64,000 bases of DNA from Paracoccaceae bacterium (GCA_031400505.1 JANNPZ010000023.1:4277-68276), one strand, 5' to 3'. Positions 1 through 10,160 are shown, numbered from the stretch's first letter. Made by a program: numbers and translations. Notes: generated by a model not told the origin, from the letters alone.

Positions 1-1
1 G

Positions 2-307
2 CATGGTGGGGTCACGGCAGCGTTTCTGGAGGTGTCGGCGATCATCGAACTGGCCTGGTCCGTGCAATGGGATGCAATGGAGTCAGGCGCGCCGTCCGGT
101 CCACTGCCCAAGACGATTGATTTTACTGTTGATTTTCTGCGCACCGGTCTGCCCCGCGACGCATTTGCGCGCGCGCGCGTTGTGCGGTCCGGCAGGCGCT
201 ATGCAAGCGTTCACGTCGAAGCTTGGCAAGATAACCGGGCGCGCCTTTTCGCCCAGGCAACGGGGCACTTTCTGATGCCGCCGATTTCCGGAGAACGTTC
301 TGACTAG
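2..307 (+). CDS. PaaI-family hotdog-fold thioesterase (5' end cut by window edge)
   Basis: Frame 2 from nt 2 reads HGGVTAAFLEVSAIIELAWS..., the HGG motif region typical of PaaI-type thioesterases. The listed ORF 32..307 is the same frame from an internal GTG. Confidence 0.65.
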   Translation, partial: HGGVTAAFLEVSAIIELAWSVQWDAMESGAPSGPLPKTIDFTVDFLRTGLPRDAFARARVVRSGRRYASVHVEAWQDNRARLFAQATGHFLMPPISGERSD

Positions 308-317
308 CGTTGCCTTT

Positions 318-1088
318 TCAGGACCGGATCAGCCGGAACGCAGCCGATGCCCCCCAGCCAGCCAAAGCAGCCAGCGACAACGCGAGAAGCGCGTAACGCA
401 GCGGCGTCTCATGCGCCATGTTGAAAAGCACGCGTTCAAGTCCAGCCTTGCGCACGCCGATCTTCCGCTCTTGCCGGTCAACCACCCGCCCGTCACGGGT
501 CAGGAAAATGCGCACCCGGTAGTCGCCCTCGGTCAGGTTGGCGGGCAGGATCACGTCAGATCGAAACAGCGTCTCGGCCGTCAACTCGACCGCATTTTCC
601 TCTAGTCGATAGCGGTCTTCGGACTGTCGGATGCGCCTCAGCGCCTCGACGAAATCTGGTGCACCTGCGGCTTCGTCGGTGATCCCCACGGCACGGATCA
701 CCCGGTCGATCGTGATTCGGTGCCGAAGATCGTCCGTGGCATTCAGGATATCGGCAATCGGCCCGGTGGTCGCCACGGCATAGAAACTGGGGGCTGCGTC
801 AATCCTTACGGATGCGTTGTTGATCCAGACGCCTGCCACCCGCTCTTTGCGGCGAATCACCAGCGGGGTGGCCGGACCTTCTACGGTGATGATAACTTGC
901 AGTTGCCCGCCATCGGGCGGCGGGGCCACGCGTCGCACCGCGCCATAGATCAGGATTTCCGATCCGTCGAAATTCGCGGTGATCGCTACACGGTTCTGCG
1001 ACAGGCCCGACACGATCTCTTCGCCCGTTGCGCTTTGCCCTACGACCGGCAATGACAAACAGAGCCATAGCACCAGAACCCGGATCAT
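318..1088 (-). CDS. TIGR02186/Alph_Pro_TM-like conserved membrane-anchored protein
   Basis: Signal peptide MIRVLVLWLCLSLPVVGQS and a C-terminal TM helix. Overlaps the stop of the upstream TauE gene by 4 nt. This pairing is how I remember the family occurring. Confidence 0.55.
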   Translation of the reverse strand: MIRVLVLWLCLSLPVVGQSATGEEIVSGLSQNRVAITANFDGSEILIYGAVRRVAPPPDGGQLQVIITVEGPATPLVIRRKERVAGVWINNASVRIDAAPSFYAVATTGPIADILNATDDLRHRITIDRVIRAVGITDEAAGAPDFVEALRRIRQSEDRYRLEENAVELTAETLFRSDVILPANLTEGDYRVRIFLTRDGRVVDRQERKIGVRKAGLERVLFNMAHETPLRYALLALSLAALAGWGASAAFRLIRS

Positions 1089-2011
1089 GGCCGTTTCACC
1101 GTGAAGGCAACCGAATAGGTTTCGGACGGCGTCAACAGCAGATCCAGCGCGATCTTGCCTGCGACGGCCAGCACCAGAACCGCAAGCAGGATGCGCAACT
1201 GTTCAGCCTTCAGGCGCACCCCCAACCTGGCGCCGATCTGCGCCCCGACCACACCGCCCAGAATAAGCAACAGGGCCAGAAGGATATCAAGCGTCTGACT
1301 GGTCACCGCATGTGCAGCGGTGGTGAAGGCCGTGACAAAGATGATCTGAAACAACGAGGTGCCAATGACCACCTTGGTCTGCATCCCCAAAAGGTAGATC
1401 ATTGCGGGCACCATGATGAATCCGCCACCCACCCCCATGATCGCAGACAGAAACCCGATCGCTGCCCCGATCATCGCCGGCGGCAGCACCGAGATGTAAA
1501 GTCCCGACGCCCGGAATTTCATCTTGAACGGCATCCGATGAACCCAAGTGTGCACATTGGCGCGCCGTACCGGGCTGACCCCCGCTTGCCGTGCCGCCAG
1601 CAGCGACCGCAGGCTTTCCTGAAACATCAGCCCGCCGACCAGCCCGAGGAACACGACGTAACTCAGTTGCACGAACAGATCGATCTGTCCGGCTGCGGTC
1701 AAAAGCGAAAACACCCAAACCCCTAAAACCGAACCGATCACACCGCCCACGAGCATCACCGTACCCATCGCGAAATCGACGCCCCGCCTGCGCACCTGCG
1801 CCAGAACGCCGGACACCGACGAGGCGACCACCAGGTTTGCCCCGGTCGCCACTGCCACGGCCGGGGGAATACCGATGAAAAACAAGAGAGGCGTGATCAG
1901 AAATCCGCCACCAACCCCGAACATCCCAGACAGCACACCCACCAGCCCGCCCATCCCGAGCAGAAGGAACGCGTTGACCGAAACCTCGGCGATGGGAAGG
2001 TATAGTTGCAT
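1085..2011 (-). CDS. TauE/SafE (DUF81) family anion exporter-like permease
   Basis: 308-aa polytopic protein with Gly-rich TM repeats (GVGGGFLITPLL, GVGGGFIMVPAMIY). Confidence 0.8.
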   Translation of the reverse strand: MQLYLPIAEVSVNAFLLLGMGGLVGVLSGMFGVGGGFLITPLLFFIGIPPAVAVATGANLVVASSVSGVLAQVRRRGVDFAMGTVMLVGGVIGSVLGVWVFSLLTAAGQIDLFVQLSYVVFLGLVGGLMFQESLRSLLAARQAGVSPVRRANVHTWVHRMPFKMKFRASGLYISVLPPAMIGAAIGFLSAIMGVGGGFIMVPAMIYLLGMQTKVVIGTSLFQIIFVTAFTTAAHAVTSQTLDILLALLLILGGVVGAQIGARLGVRLKAEQLRILLAVLVLAVAGKIALDLLLTPSETYSVAFTVKRP

Positions 2012-2085
2012 CGGGCCGCCGCGGGTCTGTGCGTTTGACCAAAGCGTTGCGCCCCAATGGCTACGGAGTCAAATGCTGCGGTGCA

Positions 2086-2880
2086 TCATCGCAACTGGCG
2101 CAGGTATTGCCGCAAGATGCGTTCCAGTTTTGCCGCACCCAGGGGGGCCATTGCCTTGGTATGCTCATGGCTGATCTGCTCGTCAGACAGGCCCGCCGCC
2201 ATGTTGGTAATGGTGGAAATCGCCGCAACGCGCAGCCCGAGAAACCGCGCGAGGATCACTTCTGGAACAGTCGACATCCCGACCGCATCCGCCCCCAGCG
2301 TGCGGATCGCCCGGATTTCCGCAGGCGTCTCGAACGAGGGCCCGGAATACCAGGCGTAAACGCCGTCGGGCAGGGACAGGCCTTCGGCGGCCGCTGCCGC
2401 CTGCAAGCCTGCGCGCATTGCGGGATCATGCGCCGCCGTCATCGGGACAAACCGCGCATCGGTCCGCTCGCCGATCAGCGGATTCAGACCGGAAAAATTG
2501 ATATGATCGGACAGAAGCATCAGATCGCCGGGGCGCAGATTGCCTTGCAGCGACCCCGCAGCATTGGTCGCAATCAGCATTCCCGCGCCGAGTTGCTGCA
2601 ACATCTCCAACGCGGGCCGCATCGCCGCCGGGTTGCCGTTTTCATAGTAATGCTCGCGCGCGCCAAACACGGCAACGCGCACACCCTCCAGATCCCCGAT
2701 CACCAGGTTCGGGTTGTGCCCCGAAACGCCGACATGGGGAAATCCCGGCAGTTCGGCATAGGGGATCGACACGCCGTCCACAGCCGATGCCAGATGGCCC
2801 AGCCCAGACCCCAGGATCAGGCCCAGCGTGACCGGCGCTTCCCCTGCGCGCGCCCGGATCAGATCAACGCTCTTTGACAT
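2086..2880 (-). CDS. purine nucleoside phosphorylase (trimeric PNP/MTAP family)
   Basis: Motifs GLILGSGLG, VGVSGH, ATNAAGSL, GPSFETPAEIR and GADAVGMSTVPE. Start moved to MSKSVDLI. Last gene of the nucleoside ABC operon. Confidence 0.85.
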   Translation of the reverse strand: MSKSVDLIRARAGEAPVTLGLILGSGLGHLASAVDGVSIPYAELPGFPHVGVSGHNPNLVIGDLEGVRVAVFGAREHYYENGNPAAMRPALEMLQQLGAGMLIATNAAGSLQGNLRPGDLMLLSDHINFSGLNPLIGERTDARFVPMTAAHDPAMRAGLQAAAAAEGLSLPDGVYAWYSGPSFETPAEIRAIRTLGADAVGMSTVPEVILARFLGLRVAAISTITNMAAGLSDEQISHEHTKAMAPLGAAKLERILRQYLRQLR

Positions 2881-3826
2881 AGGGCTCGCCCCCGGCGCGT
2901 GGCGGTATTGCCTTGCCGACAAAGCCCGCCAGAATGACAACCGTGATTATGTAGGGCAGGGCTTGCGTGAACTGGACAGGGATCACGAACACGCCAAGAT
3001 CGATGTTCTGAAACCGGATCGCCACCGCATCCAGAAATCCGAACAAAAGGCAGGCCGACAGCGCATACCACGGACGCCATTTGGCAAAGATCAGTGCGGC
3101 CAGCGCGATGAATCCCCGCCCCGCCGTCATGTCGCGCCCGAACTGCGCCGCAAGGCTCGACAGATAAGCCCCCGCCAACCCGCACAACACGCCACAGATC
3201 AGAACGGCGGCAAACCGGATCGCCACCACCGAAACCCCCGCCGTATCGACCGCCGCCGGGTTTTCGCCCACCGCCCGCAGCCGCAACCCAAACCGCGTCG
3301 AATAAAGCAACCACGCTGATGCCGGCACCAATGCCAAGGCAACATAGACCAGAATAGTGTGGCCCGAGATCAGGTCGGAATAGATCGGCCCCAGAATCGG
3401 CACGTCCTTGAGGCTGTTGGCAAACGGCAGCGTAATCTCGGAAAACCGCGCCGCGCCTTCCAGCGATGGCGTGCGACCGCCAAGCCCGAACCAGCTTTGC
3501 GCCAGCAGCACGGTCAGCCCCGAGGCCAGAAAGTTGATCGCCACCCCGGAAATCAACTGGTTGCCGCGAAAGGTGATCGCTGCAAGCCCATGAATGACGG
3601 CCAGCATCATTGACGCTGCGATCCCTGCAAACAGCCCCACCCAGACCGACCCCGACAGCACGGAAATAGCCGCCGAGACAAAGGCCGCCACCAGCATCTT
3701 GCCTTCCAGCCCGATGTCAAACACCCCGGCCCGTTCCGAAAACAGCCCCGCAAGACACGCAAGCAGCAAGGGCGTCGCCAAACGCACCGAACTGTCCAGC
3801 ATCTGGATGACGGCTACGAAATCCAT
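2864..3826 (-). CDS. ABC transporter permease (BMP/nucleoside type, YufQ-like)
   Basis: Hydrophobic multi-TM protein. Start chosen at MDFVAVIQMLDSS, abutting the stop of the upstream permease. Confidence 0.85.
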   Translation of the reverse strand: MDFVAVIQMLDSSVRLATPLLLACLAGLFSERAGVFDIGLEGKMLVAAFVSAAISVLSGSVWVGLFAGIAASMMLAVIHGLAAITFRGNQLISGVAINFLASGLTVLLAQSWFGLGGRTPSLEGAARFSEITLPFANSLKDVPILGPIYSDLISGHTILVYVALALVPASAWLLYSTRFGLRLRAVGENPAAVDTAGVSVVAIRFAAVLICGVLCGLAGAYLSSLAAQFGRDMTAGRGFIALAALIFAKWRPWYALSACLLFGFLDAVAIRFQNIDLGVFVIPVQFTQALPYIITVVILAGFVGKAIPPRAGGEPYVKER

Positions 3827-4917
3827 CAGCGTGCCCTCCGCAACCGCAGGAACACCGCCTCGACGGGCTTTCGCACCATATAGTCCAGCGCGCCGGTGAA
3901 CAGGATCACCAGCCCCTGGATCACGGTGATCAGCTCTCGTGGGATGCTGGTCCACAAGGCAAGCTCTGCCCCGCCCTGATACAGGAACCCGAACAGGATC
4001 GACGCCAGCACCACCCCGAAAGGATGGTTCCGCCCCATCAGCGCCACCGCGATGCCGATGAAACCCGCGCCTTCAACAGAACTCAAAAGCAGCCGGTTCG
4101 CCTCGCCCTGCACGGTGTTGATCGCCATCATTCCGGCCAGTGCGCCGGAAATAAGCATGGCGATCATGGTGATCCGCATCGGGTTGATGCCAGCATACTG
4201 CGCCGCCTTCTGCGACTTGCCGAAGGACCGGATCTCATACCCGACGCGTGTGTGCCACAGCAGCAGCCAAACCGCCACTGCACAGACCAGCGCCAACAGC
4301 AAAGAGATATTCGCAGGCGTCCCCTTGGCAAAAGGTATCCCCACCGCGTTCAGCATCGCCCCCAGTTCCGGCAATTGGGTAGGCTCGGGGAACCGTGCCG
4401 AGGCCGGATCCATGTTGCCTTGCGGACGCATCACGTTGACCAGCAGGTAGTTCAGAAACGCCGCTGCGATGAAATTGAACATGATCGTGGTGATCACGAT
4501 GTGACTGCCACGTTTCGCCTGCAAATAGGCAGGGATCATGGCCCAGATTGCCCCGAACGCCGCGGAGGCCACCATTGCTGCCGCCAAAGCCAGCGCCCAG
4601 TGTGGCCACGGGATCAGCAAGCACACCAGTGCCACGCCCAGACCGCCCAGTGTCGCCTGCCCTTCGCCGCCGATGTTGAACAGGCTCGCGTGAAACGCCA
4701 CCGACACCGCCAGCCCGGTGAACATGAAGTTGGTCGCGTAATAAAGCGTATAACCCCAGCCATAGCTTGATCCCAACGCGCCCGTCACCATGACCCGCAT
4801 CGCCTCGACCGGGTTCTGCCCAATGGCCAAGATCACCAACCCGGAAATTGTGAACGCGATTAAAAGACTGACAAGCGGCACCAAGAACACATCGGCCCAC
4901 CGCGGCATGCTTTCCAT
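3826..4917 (-). CDS. ABC transporter permease (BMP/nucleoside type, YufP-like)
   Basis: 363-aa multi-TM protein in the same operon. Start abuts the ATPase stop. Confidence 0.85.
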   Translation of the reverse strand: MESMPRWADVFLVPLVSLLIAFTISGLVILAIGQNPVEAMRVMVTGALGSSYGWGYTLYYATNFMFTGLAVSVAFHASLFNIGGEGQATLGGLGVALVCLLIPWPHWALALAAAMVASAAFGAIWAMIPAYLQAKRGSHIVITTIMFNFIAAAFLNYLLVNVMRPQGNMDPASARFPEPTQLPELGAMLNAVGIPFAKGTPANISLLLALVCAVAVWLLLWHTRVGYEIRSFGKSQKAAQYAGINPMRITMIAMLISGALAGMMAINTVQGEANRLLLSSVEGAGFIGIAVALMGRNHPFGVVLASILFGFLYQGGAELALWTSIPRELITVIQGLVILFTGALDYMVRKPVEAVFLRLRRAR

Positions 4918-6494
4918 CAGACGATCCCCGCCATCAACAGCCCCAATGCGCGCTCGTCCGTCGTTTCGGGGTCTGCCGTCCCCATGATCTGCCCGTCGAA
5001 AATCACTGCAATCCGGTCGGACAGCGACATGATTTCATCAAGTTCCACACTTATCAGCAAGATGGCTTTCCCTGCATCGCGCAACGCCACGATCTGCTTG
5101 TGGATGAACTCGATCGCGCCGATATCCACACCCCGCGTCGGTTGCCCGATCAGCAGCAGGTCCGGATTGCAGTCGATTTCGCGCGCGACCACGATCTTTT
5201 GCTGGTTGCCGCCCGAGAAGCTGCTGGCTTTCAGCCCCGGGATCGGCGGGCGCACGTCATAGCGCTCCATCTTGATCGCCGTATCCGCCTTGATCGCAGC
5301 GTTGTCCAAAATCAATGCATTCTTCTGATACTGCGGTGCCGTGTGATAACCGAAGGCGACATTCTCCCAGGCCGCAAAATCCATGACCAGCCCCAGGGCC
5401 TGACGATCCTCGGGCACATGTGCGATCCCTGCCGCCCGCCTGGTTTTCCCGTTGGCCGCCGCACCCGTCAGCGGCAGATCGACGCCGTTCAGGGTGATTT
5501 GCCCCGTCGCCCGCGAAATCCCGCCCAACGCCTCGAGCAATTCAGACTGTCCGTTTCCGGCCACACCGGCGATGCCCAGAATTTCCCCGGCGCGGATGTT
5601 GAAGCTGACGCCCTTTAGCCGCTCGACCCCCGCCTCATCCTGCACCCGCAGATCGCGGACCGACAGCACGACTGCCCCCGGTGTGGCGGGCCGCTTTTCC
5701 ACCTCGAGCAGCACCTTGCGCCCCACCATCAACTCTGCCAGCGCGGCCGGGTCGGTTTCGGCGGTCTTGACAGTACCGACCATCGTGCCGCGCCGCATCA
5801 CCGAAACATTGTCGGAGGCCTCCATGATCTCGCGCAGCTTGTGGGTGATCAGGATGATCGTCTTTCCCTGATCGCGCAGGCCCTTGAGGATGCGAAACAG
5901 ATGGTCGGCCTCGTCCGGGGTCAGCACGCCCGTCGGTTCGTCAAGGATCAGGATATCCGCCTGCCGATAAAGCGCCTTCAGGATTTCCACCCGCTGCTGG
6001 TGACCCACCGACAGGTCTTCGACCAGCGCATCGGGGTCCACGTCCAGTTCATATTCGCGGCTCAACTCGGCCAGCACCTTGCGCGCTCGGCCTAGCGAAG
6101 TGGCGAGCAGCGCGCCATCCTCGGCCCCCAGGATGATATTCTCGAGCACCGTGAAATTCGGCACCAGTTTGAAATGCTGGAACACCATCCCGATACCGGC
6201 GCGAATGGCGCTCTGGCTGTCTGGAATGGCGGTCAGCTTGCCATTGATGAAAATCTGCCCCGCATCGGCTTTGTAAAAGCCGTACAGGATCGACATCAGC
6301 GTGGATTTTCCCGCGCCGTTTTCGCCGATGATCCCGTGAATGGTCCCTTTCGGCACCGCAATATTGATGTCGCGGTTGGCCTGCACCGGGCCGAACGCCT
6401 TGGATATTCCCCGCAGTTCGATGGCAAACGGGGCGGCAGTTGCCTGCCGCCCCCCTATGCCCTGTTCCCGGGCGCCCTGTGGGGCTGCTGTCAT
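4917..6494 (-). CDS. ABC transporter ATP-binding protein with duplicated cassettes
   Basis: Two cassettes: GENGAGKST / LSVGHQQRVEILKAL / LILDEPT, then GVAGNGQSEL / FSGGNQQK. Start taken at MTAAPQG, touching the SBP stop. Confidence 0.9.
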   Translation of the reverse strand: MTAAPQGAREQGIGGRQATAAPFAIELRGISKAFGPVQANRDINIAVPKGTIHGIIGENGAGKSTLMSILYGFYKADAGQIFINGKLTAIPDSQSAIRAGIGMVFQHFKLVPNFTVLENIILGAEDGALLATSLGRARKVLAELSREYELDVDPDALVEDLSVGHQQRVEILKALYRQADILILDEPTGVLTPDEADHLFRILKGLRDQGKTIILITHKLREIMEASDNVSVMRRGTMVGTVKTAETDPAALAELMVGRKVLLEVEKRPATPGAVVLSVRDLRVQDEAGVERLKGVSFNIRAGEILGIAGVAGNGQSELLEALGGISRATGQITLNGVDLPLTGAAANGKTRRAAGIAHVPEDRQALGLVMDFAAWENVAFGYHTAPQYQKNALILDNAAIKADTAIKMERYDVRPPIPGLKASSFSGGNQQKIVVAREIDCNPDLLLIGQPTRGVDIGAIEFIHKQIVALRDAGKAILLISVELDEIMSLSDRIAVIFDGQIMGTADPETTDERALGLLMAGIV

Positions 6495-7498
6495 CAGAAC
6501 TGTGCAGCGGGGCAAGTGTTGTCGGACATGTAGTCGTGCACGACCAACTCGCCCGACTTGATCTTGGCGGCCGCTGCATCGACCGCCGCGATCATCTCGG
6601 GGGTCACGAGGCTCGCGTTGTTTTCGTCCAACGCATAGCCGACGCCGTCAGACGCAAGGTTCAGGCCCATCACGCCAGTCTTCAGGTCCGCCCCGGCCTT
6701 CATCGCATCAAAGACCGCAACATCGACGCGCTTCAGCATCGAGGTCAGGACCGAGCCCGGGAACAGATAGTTCTGGTTGCTGTCCACGCCGATCGAGAGG
6801 ATCCCCTGATCCTTGGCCGATTGCAGAACGCCCATTCCGGTGCCGCCGGCCGCGGCAAAGATCACATCCGCGCCCTGCGACTTTTGTGCCTGGGCGATTT
6901 CTGCACCCTTGGTCGGGTTGTTCCAGGCGGTCGGATCGGTGCCCGTCATGTTGAGGATGATCTTGGCATCAGCCTTGGCAGCCAGGACGCCTTGTGCATA
7001 GCCGCAGCCGAACTTGCGGATCAGCGGAATATCCATGCCGCCAATAAAGCCGACCGTTCCGGTGGTCGATTTCATGCCGGCCATCATACCGACGAGGTAC
7101 GAGCCTTCATGCTCTGCAAAGCCGATCGAAAGCACGTTCGGATGTGCAGCCGGATCGACGTAGCCGTCGATCGTCACGAACTTTGTGTCGGGAAAATCGG
7201 CGGCAACGGTGGCGATCGGGTCGCTCATGCCGAAACCGGTGGTCACGATCGGGTTGAAGCCTGCACCGGCCAGCTGGCGCAACGCCTGTTCGCGTTGGGC
7301 TTCAGAGGTAAGCTCAAGATCCTTGAAGGTGCCGCCGGTTTCGGTGGCCCATTTGGTGGCACCGTTGAACGCGGCTTCGTTGAACGACTTGTCGAACTTG
7401 CCGCCCAAGTCATAGATCAATGCAGGTTCGGCAGCAGCGGCGCCAGCGAACAGCGCGAGGCTGGCGGCGGCACCAAGAAGGGTTTTCATCAGGGTCAT
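6494..7498 (-). CDS. BMP-family (basic membrane protein) ABC substrate-binding protein, probably for nucleosides
   Basis: Signal peptide MTLMKTLLGAAASLALFAGAAAA. SD GGGAGAG lies upstream of the ATG at 7498. First gene of the operon. Confidence 0.9.
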   Translation of the reverse strand: MTLMKTLLGAAASLALFAGAAAAEPALIYDLGGKFDKSFNEAAFNGATKWATETGGTFKDLELTSEAQREQALRQLAGAGFNPIVTTGFGMSDPIATVAADFPDTKFVTIDGYVDPAAHPNVLSIGFAEHEGSYLVGMMAGMKSTTGTVGFIGGMDIPLIRKFGCGYAQGVLAAKADAKIILNMTGTDPTAWNNPTKGAEIAQAQKSQGADVIFAAAGGTGMGVLQSAKDQGILSIGVDSNQNYLFPGSVLTSMLKRVDVAVFDAMKAGADLKTGVMGLNLASDGVGYALDENNASLVTPEMIAAVDAAAAKIKSGELVVHDYMSDNTCPAAQF

Positions 7499-7680
7499 GG
7501 GTCTCTCCCGGTTGGATGTCTGGCTTTGCCTTGTCCGGATGCCCTGATTTTCAGGGTCAGCCGTTGCGGGGCAAATCGTTGGCAATCTAGGGCGGATGGC
7601 GGCATGCCGGTCAATAGCTATTTGTCCGCTTGGGCCAATGTCTTGATCGGGCGGTCAAGAATCGAGCCGTCAGGATGGTG

Positions 7681-8091
7681 CTACAGCGACCGGACCATCA
7701 CCAGGGCATCGGTTGGCGGGCCGTCGGGCCTAGGGTAATAGCCGTGGCGGCGCCCGCAAACCGAAAAACCTGCCTGCAAATACAGACCAACCGCCGCAGT
7801 GTTGTCGGCAGCGACTTCCAGGAAAACTCGAGAAGCGCCGCGCGTCCGAGCCTTCTCAAGAAGCGTTGCCAGCAGACGTGCGCCAACCCCCTGCCTGCGT
7901 GCGGCGGGGGCAACTGCCAGCGTGAGAAGTTCGACTTCGTCAGCGGCAATCCGGCCCATCGCAAACCCAAATGATTCGCTTGCCACGAAAACTGCGGGAC
8001 TGTCTGACAGTCTGGCGAATTCGGCCGCCGACCAGGGGCGGGGCAGGGTGAAGCTGGCATGATGGAGTGCTGCCATAGCTTCGGGTGTCAT
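7681..8091 (-). CDS. rimI: ribosomal-protein-alanine N-acetyltransferase (GNAT)
   Basis: GNAT motif RRQGVGARLL. 4-nt overlap with upstream tsaB, the classical tsaB-rimI pairing. Confidence 0.75.
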   Translation of the reverse strand: MTPEAMAALHHASFTLPRPWSAAEFARLSDSPAVFVASESFGFAMGRIAADEVELLTLAVAPAARRQGVGARLLATLLEKARTRGASRVFLEVAADNTAAVGLYLQAGFSVCGRRHGYYPRPDGPPTDALVMVRSL

Positions 8092-8774
8092 GGAAGGGTC
8101 ACCGGCGGCGGGTCAGATGGCGGCAAGGCATCGGCTGCGCGGACATAAAGCACCGCGGGGCGATCGGGCGTCTCGCCGCGCGCAAGGCGCCACAGCGCGA
8201 CAGCGCCGATCCGCGATGCGACATCTTTCAGCGACGCCTCTTCCGACGTCGCGTTGAACGCTCTGGCGATGGTTATCGCGCGAAAGCCGCTGACGCGCAT
8301 GTTTCCGGGTAGTTCAAGATCGGCAGGCGGGGCATCGGGGTCGATCAGCCGGGGGCTGCCTTGCGGCACGCCATTGCGAAAGGCCTGCACATAGGCTTGA
8401 CCGCGTGGTGCCTCCAGGCTGACGATCTCCACCGGGTGTGCGCCAAGTGCTTCGGGATCTCGCATCGTCTCGAACGCCGAGACCCCGATTCCCGGAATGC
8501 CAAGCCCCAGAGCCAGTCCGCGTGCCGCACTGACCGCAATCCGGACTCCGGTGAAGTTACCCGGACCGACCCCGACCGCTATCGCGGCAACATCTTTCCA
8601 GGCGCAACCCGTCTCTGCGAGCGACGCCTGCAGCATCGGCATAAGCCGTTCTGCCTGTCCTTTCGCCATGGGCTCGGTGCGCTCAGCCAGAACGAGGCCA
8701 CCGCGTCGGACTGCCACCGCACAATGCGACCCAGCAGTGTCAAAGCAAAGCAACAGCCGTCGGTCGACGTCCAA
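8088..8774 (-). CDS. tsaB: tRNA t6A37 threonylcarbamoyl-transfer protein TsaB
   Basis: N-terminus LLLCFDTAGSHCAVAV and GVGPGNFTGVRIAVSAARGLAL are typical of TsaB/YeaZ. Confidence 0.8.
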   Translation of the reverse strand: MDVDRRLLLCFDTAGSHCAVAVRRGGLVLAERTEPMAKGQAERLMPMLQASLAETGCAWKDVAAIAVGVGPGNFTGVRIAVSAARGLALGLGIPGIGVSAFETMRDPEALGAHPVEIVSLEAPRGQAYVQAFRNGVPQGSPRLIDPDAPPADLELPGNMRVSGFRAITIARAFNATSEEASLKDVASRIGAVALWRLARGETPDRPAVLYVRAADALPPSDPPPVTLP

Positions 8775-8780
8775 ACCGGG

Positions 8781-9341
8781 TCAGGCCGCTACCGGGCGCA
8801 CTTCAAGGACTTCCGGGATGTAATGCCTCAGCAGGTTTTCGATCCCCATTTTCAGGGTCAGCGTGCTGGACGGGCAGCCCGCGCAAGCCCCTTGCATGTG
8901 CAGGTAGACCACGCCACGGTCAAAGCCGTGAAACGTGATGTCGCCACCGTCCTGCGCCACGGCCGGGCGTACACGCGTATCAAGCAACTCTTTGATCTGC
9001 CTGACGATGTCGCCATTTTCGCCGGTGTGTTCCTTGTGGCCACCCGCCGCAGCGTCCCCGTCGATCACTGCCGCACCCGACTGGAAATGCTCCATGATCG
9101 CGCCAAGGATCGCGGGTTTGATGTGCTGCCATTCCGTGGCGTCGGCTTTGGTGACCGTCACGAAATCAGTCCCCAGAAACACGCCTGTCACACCGCCTGC
9201 CGCAAAGATGCGCTTGGCCAATGGCGATTTTTCTGCCGCCGCGACGCTGGGGAAATCCGCAGTACCAAGTTCCAGCACGGTCTGGCCGGGCAGAAACTTC
9301 AGCGTTGCCGGGTTCGGCGTTGACTCGGTCTGGATGAACAT
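8781..9341 (-). CDS. NifU/Nfu-type Fe-S cluster scaffold protein
   Basis: MFIQTESTPNPATLKFLPG (Nfu_N) plus a C-terminal CAGCPSS motif. Confidence 0.85.
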   Translation of the reverse strand: MFIQTESTPNPATLKFLPGQTVLELGTADFPSVAAAEKSPLAKRIFAAGGVTGVFLGTDFVTVTKADATEWQHIKPAILGAIMEHFQSGAAVIDGDAAAGGHKEHTGENGDIVRQIKELLDTRVRPAVAQDGGDITFHGFDRGVVYLHMQGACAGCPSSTLTLKMGIENLLRHYIPEVLEVRPVAA

Positions 9342-9434
9342 TGGGTATCTCCGACAATTCCACTAAGATATGCGCGCCGCCACAAGCGGAGTCAAGTTTG
9401 GACTGATCCTGGCCGCCGCACTTGGCATTCTTCG

Positions 9435-9590
9435 CTATTGGGCAGAATAGTACTCATACATCTGTTCCAGCACGCTTTTTGTCGACGCGTCTCTTTGGCT
9501 GGATAGCGCGCGCACCTTTGGCGCCGACAATGCCGAAAAATAGGCCAGAGGTTCCTCTGCGCGCAGCGGTTCGCGTGGGATGCAAGCCAT
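9435..9590 (-). CDS. hypothetical small protein (51 aa)
   Basis: ATG at 9590 is preceded by GGAAGGA at about 7 nt. Product is MACIPREPLRAEEPLAYFSALSAPKVRALSSQRDASTKSVLEQMYEYYSAQ. No family recognised. Confidence 0.35.
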   Translation of the reverse strand: MACIPREPLRAEEPLAYFSALSAPKVRALSSQRDASTKSVLEQMYEYYSAQ

Positions 9591-9704
9591 GTTGAAGTCC
9601 TTCCCATTCTTGGTACCCCCAATTTGTACGCAATGCCGCAGCGCAGAAAGGGGCGAAGAAGAATAGGCGCCATGTGTCACACGCATGGCTGGCCGCGGCT
9701 TTCG

Positions 9705-10160
9705 TCAGGTAATCGACTCCAGCCGCTCTTTGCTCATGTCACCCGGTACGATGGTGATGGGGATGGGAAGACTGCCCGAGGTGCGTGTCATTTGCGTAAC
9801 CAGCGGGCCGGGGCCGGATTTTTCGTGACTTGCACCCAGCACCAGAATGCCGATGTTCTTGTCCTCGTTGACCTGCGCCAGGATCTCGGTCACGGCATCG
9901 CCCTCGCGGATCACCAATTCGGGGTCCACCCCAAGCTTTTCGCGCATCCATTTGGCAAACACCCCGAAATGCGTCTCGATCCGTTCGCGCGCCTCGGCCC
10001 GCATCAGGTCGGTGACCCCTATCCAGAGTTGATACTCTTCCGGCGGGATGACTGACAGAATCAACACCCCCTCTCCTGTATGCGAGGCCCGCATTGCCGC
10101 AAACCGCATCGCGTTTAGACACTCGCGCGTGTCATCCAGCACGACCATGAACTTGCGCAT
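9705..10160 (-). CDS. universal stress protein (UspA family)
   Basis: MRKFMVVLDDTRE...ILVLGASHEKSGPGPLV. The start was moved inward from the 198-aa ORF. Confidence 0.8.
   Translation of the reverse strand: MRKFMVVLDDTRECLNAMRFAAMRASHTGEGVLILSVIPPEEYQLWIGVTDLMRAEARERIETHFGVFAKWMREKLGVDPELVIREGDAVTEILAQVNEDKNIGILVLGASHEKSGPGPLVTQMTRTSGSLPIPITIVPGDMSKERLESIT

Noticed and set aside
6440-7738. 432-aa plus-strand ORF
   Set aside because: Antisense to the BMP substrate-binding protein gene, whose signal peptide, SD and operon context are convincing.
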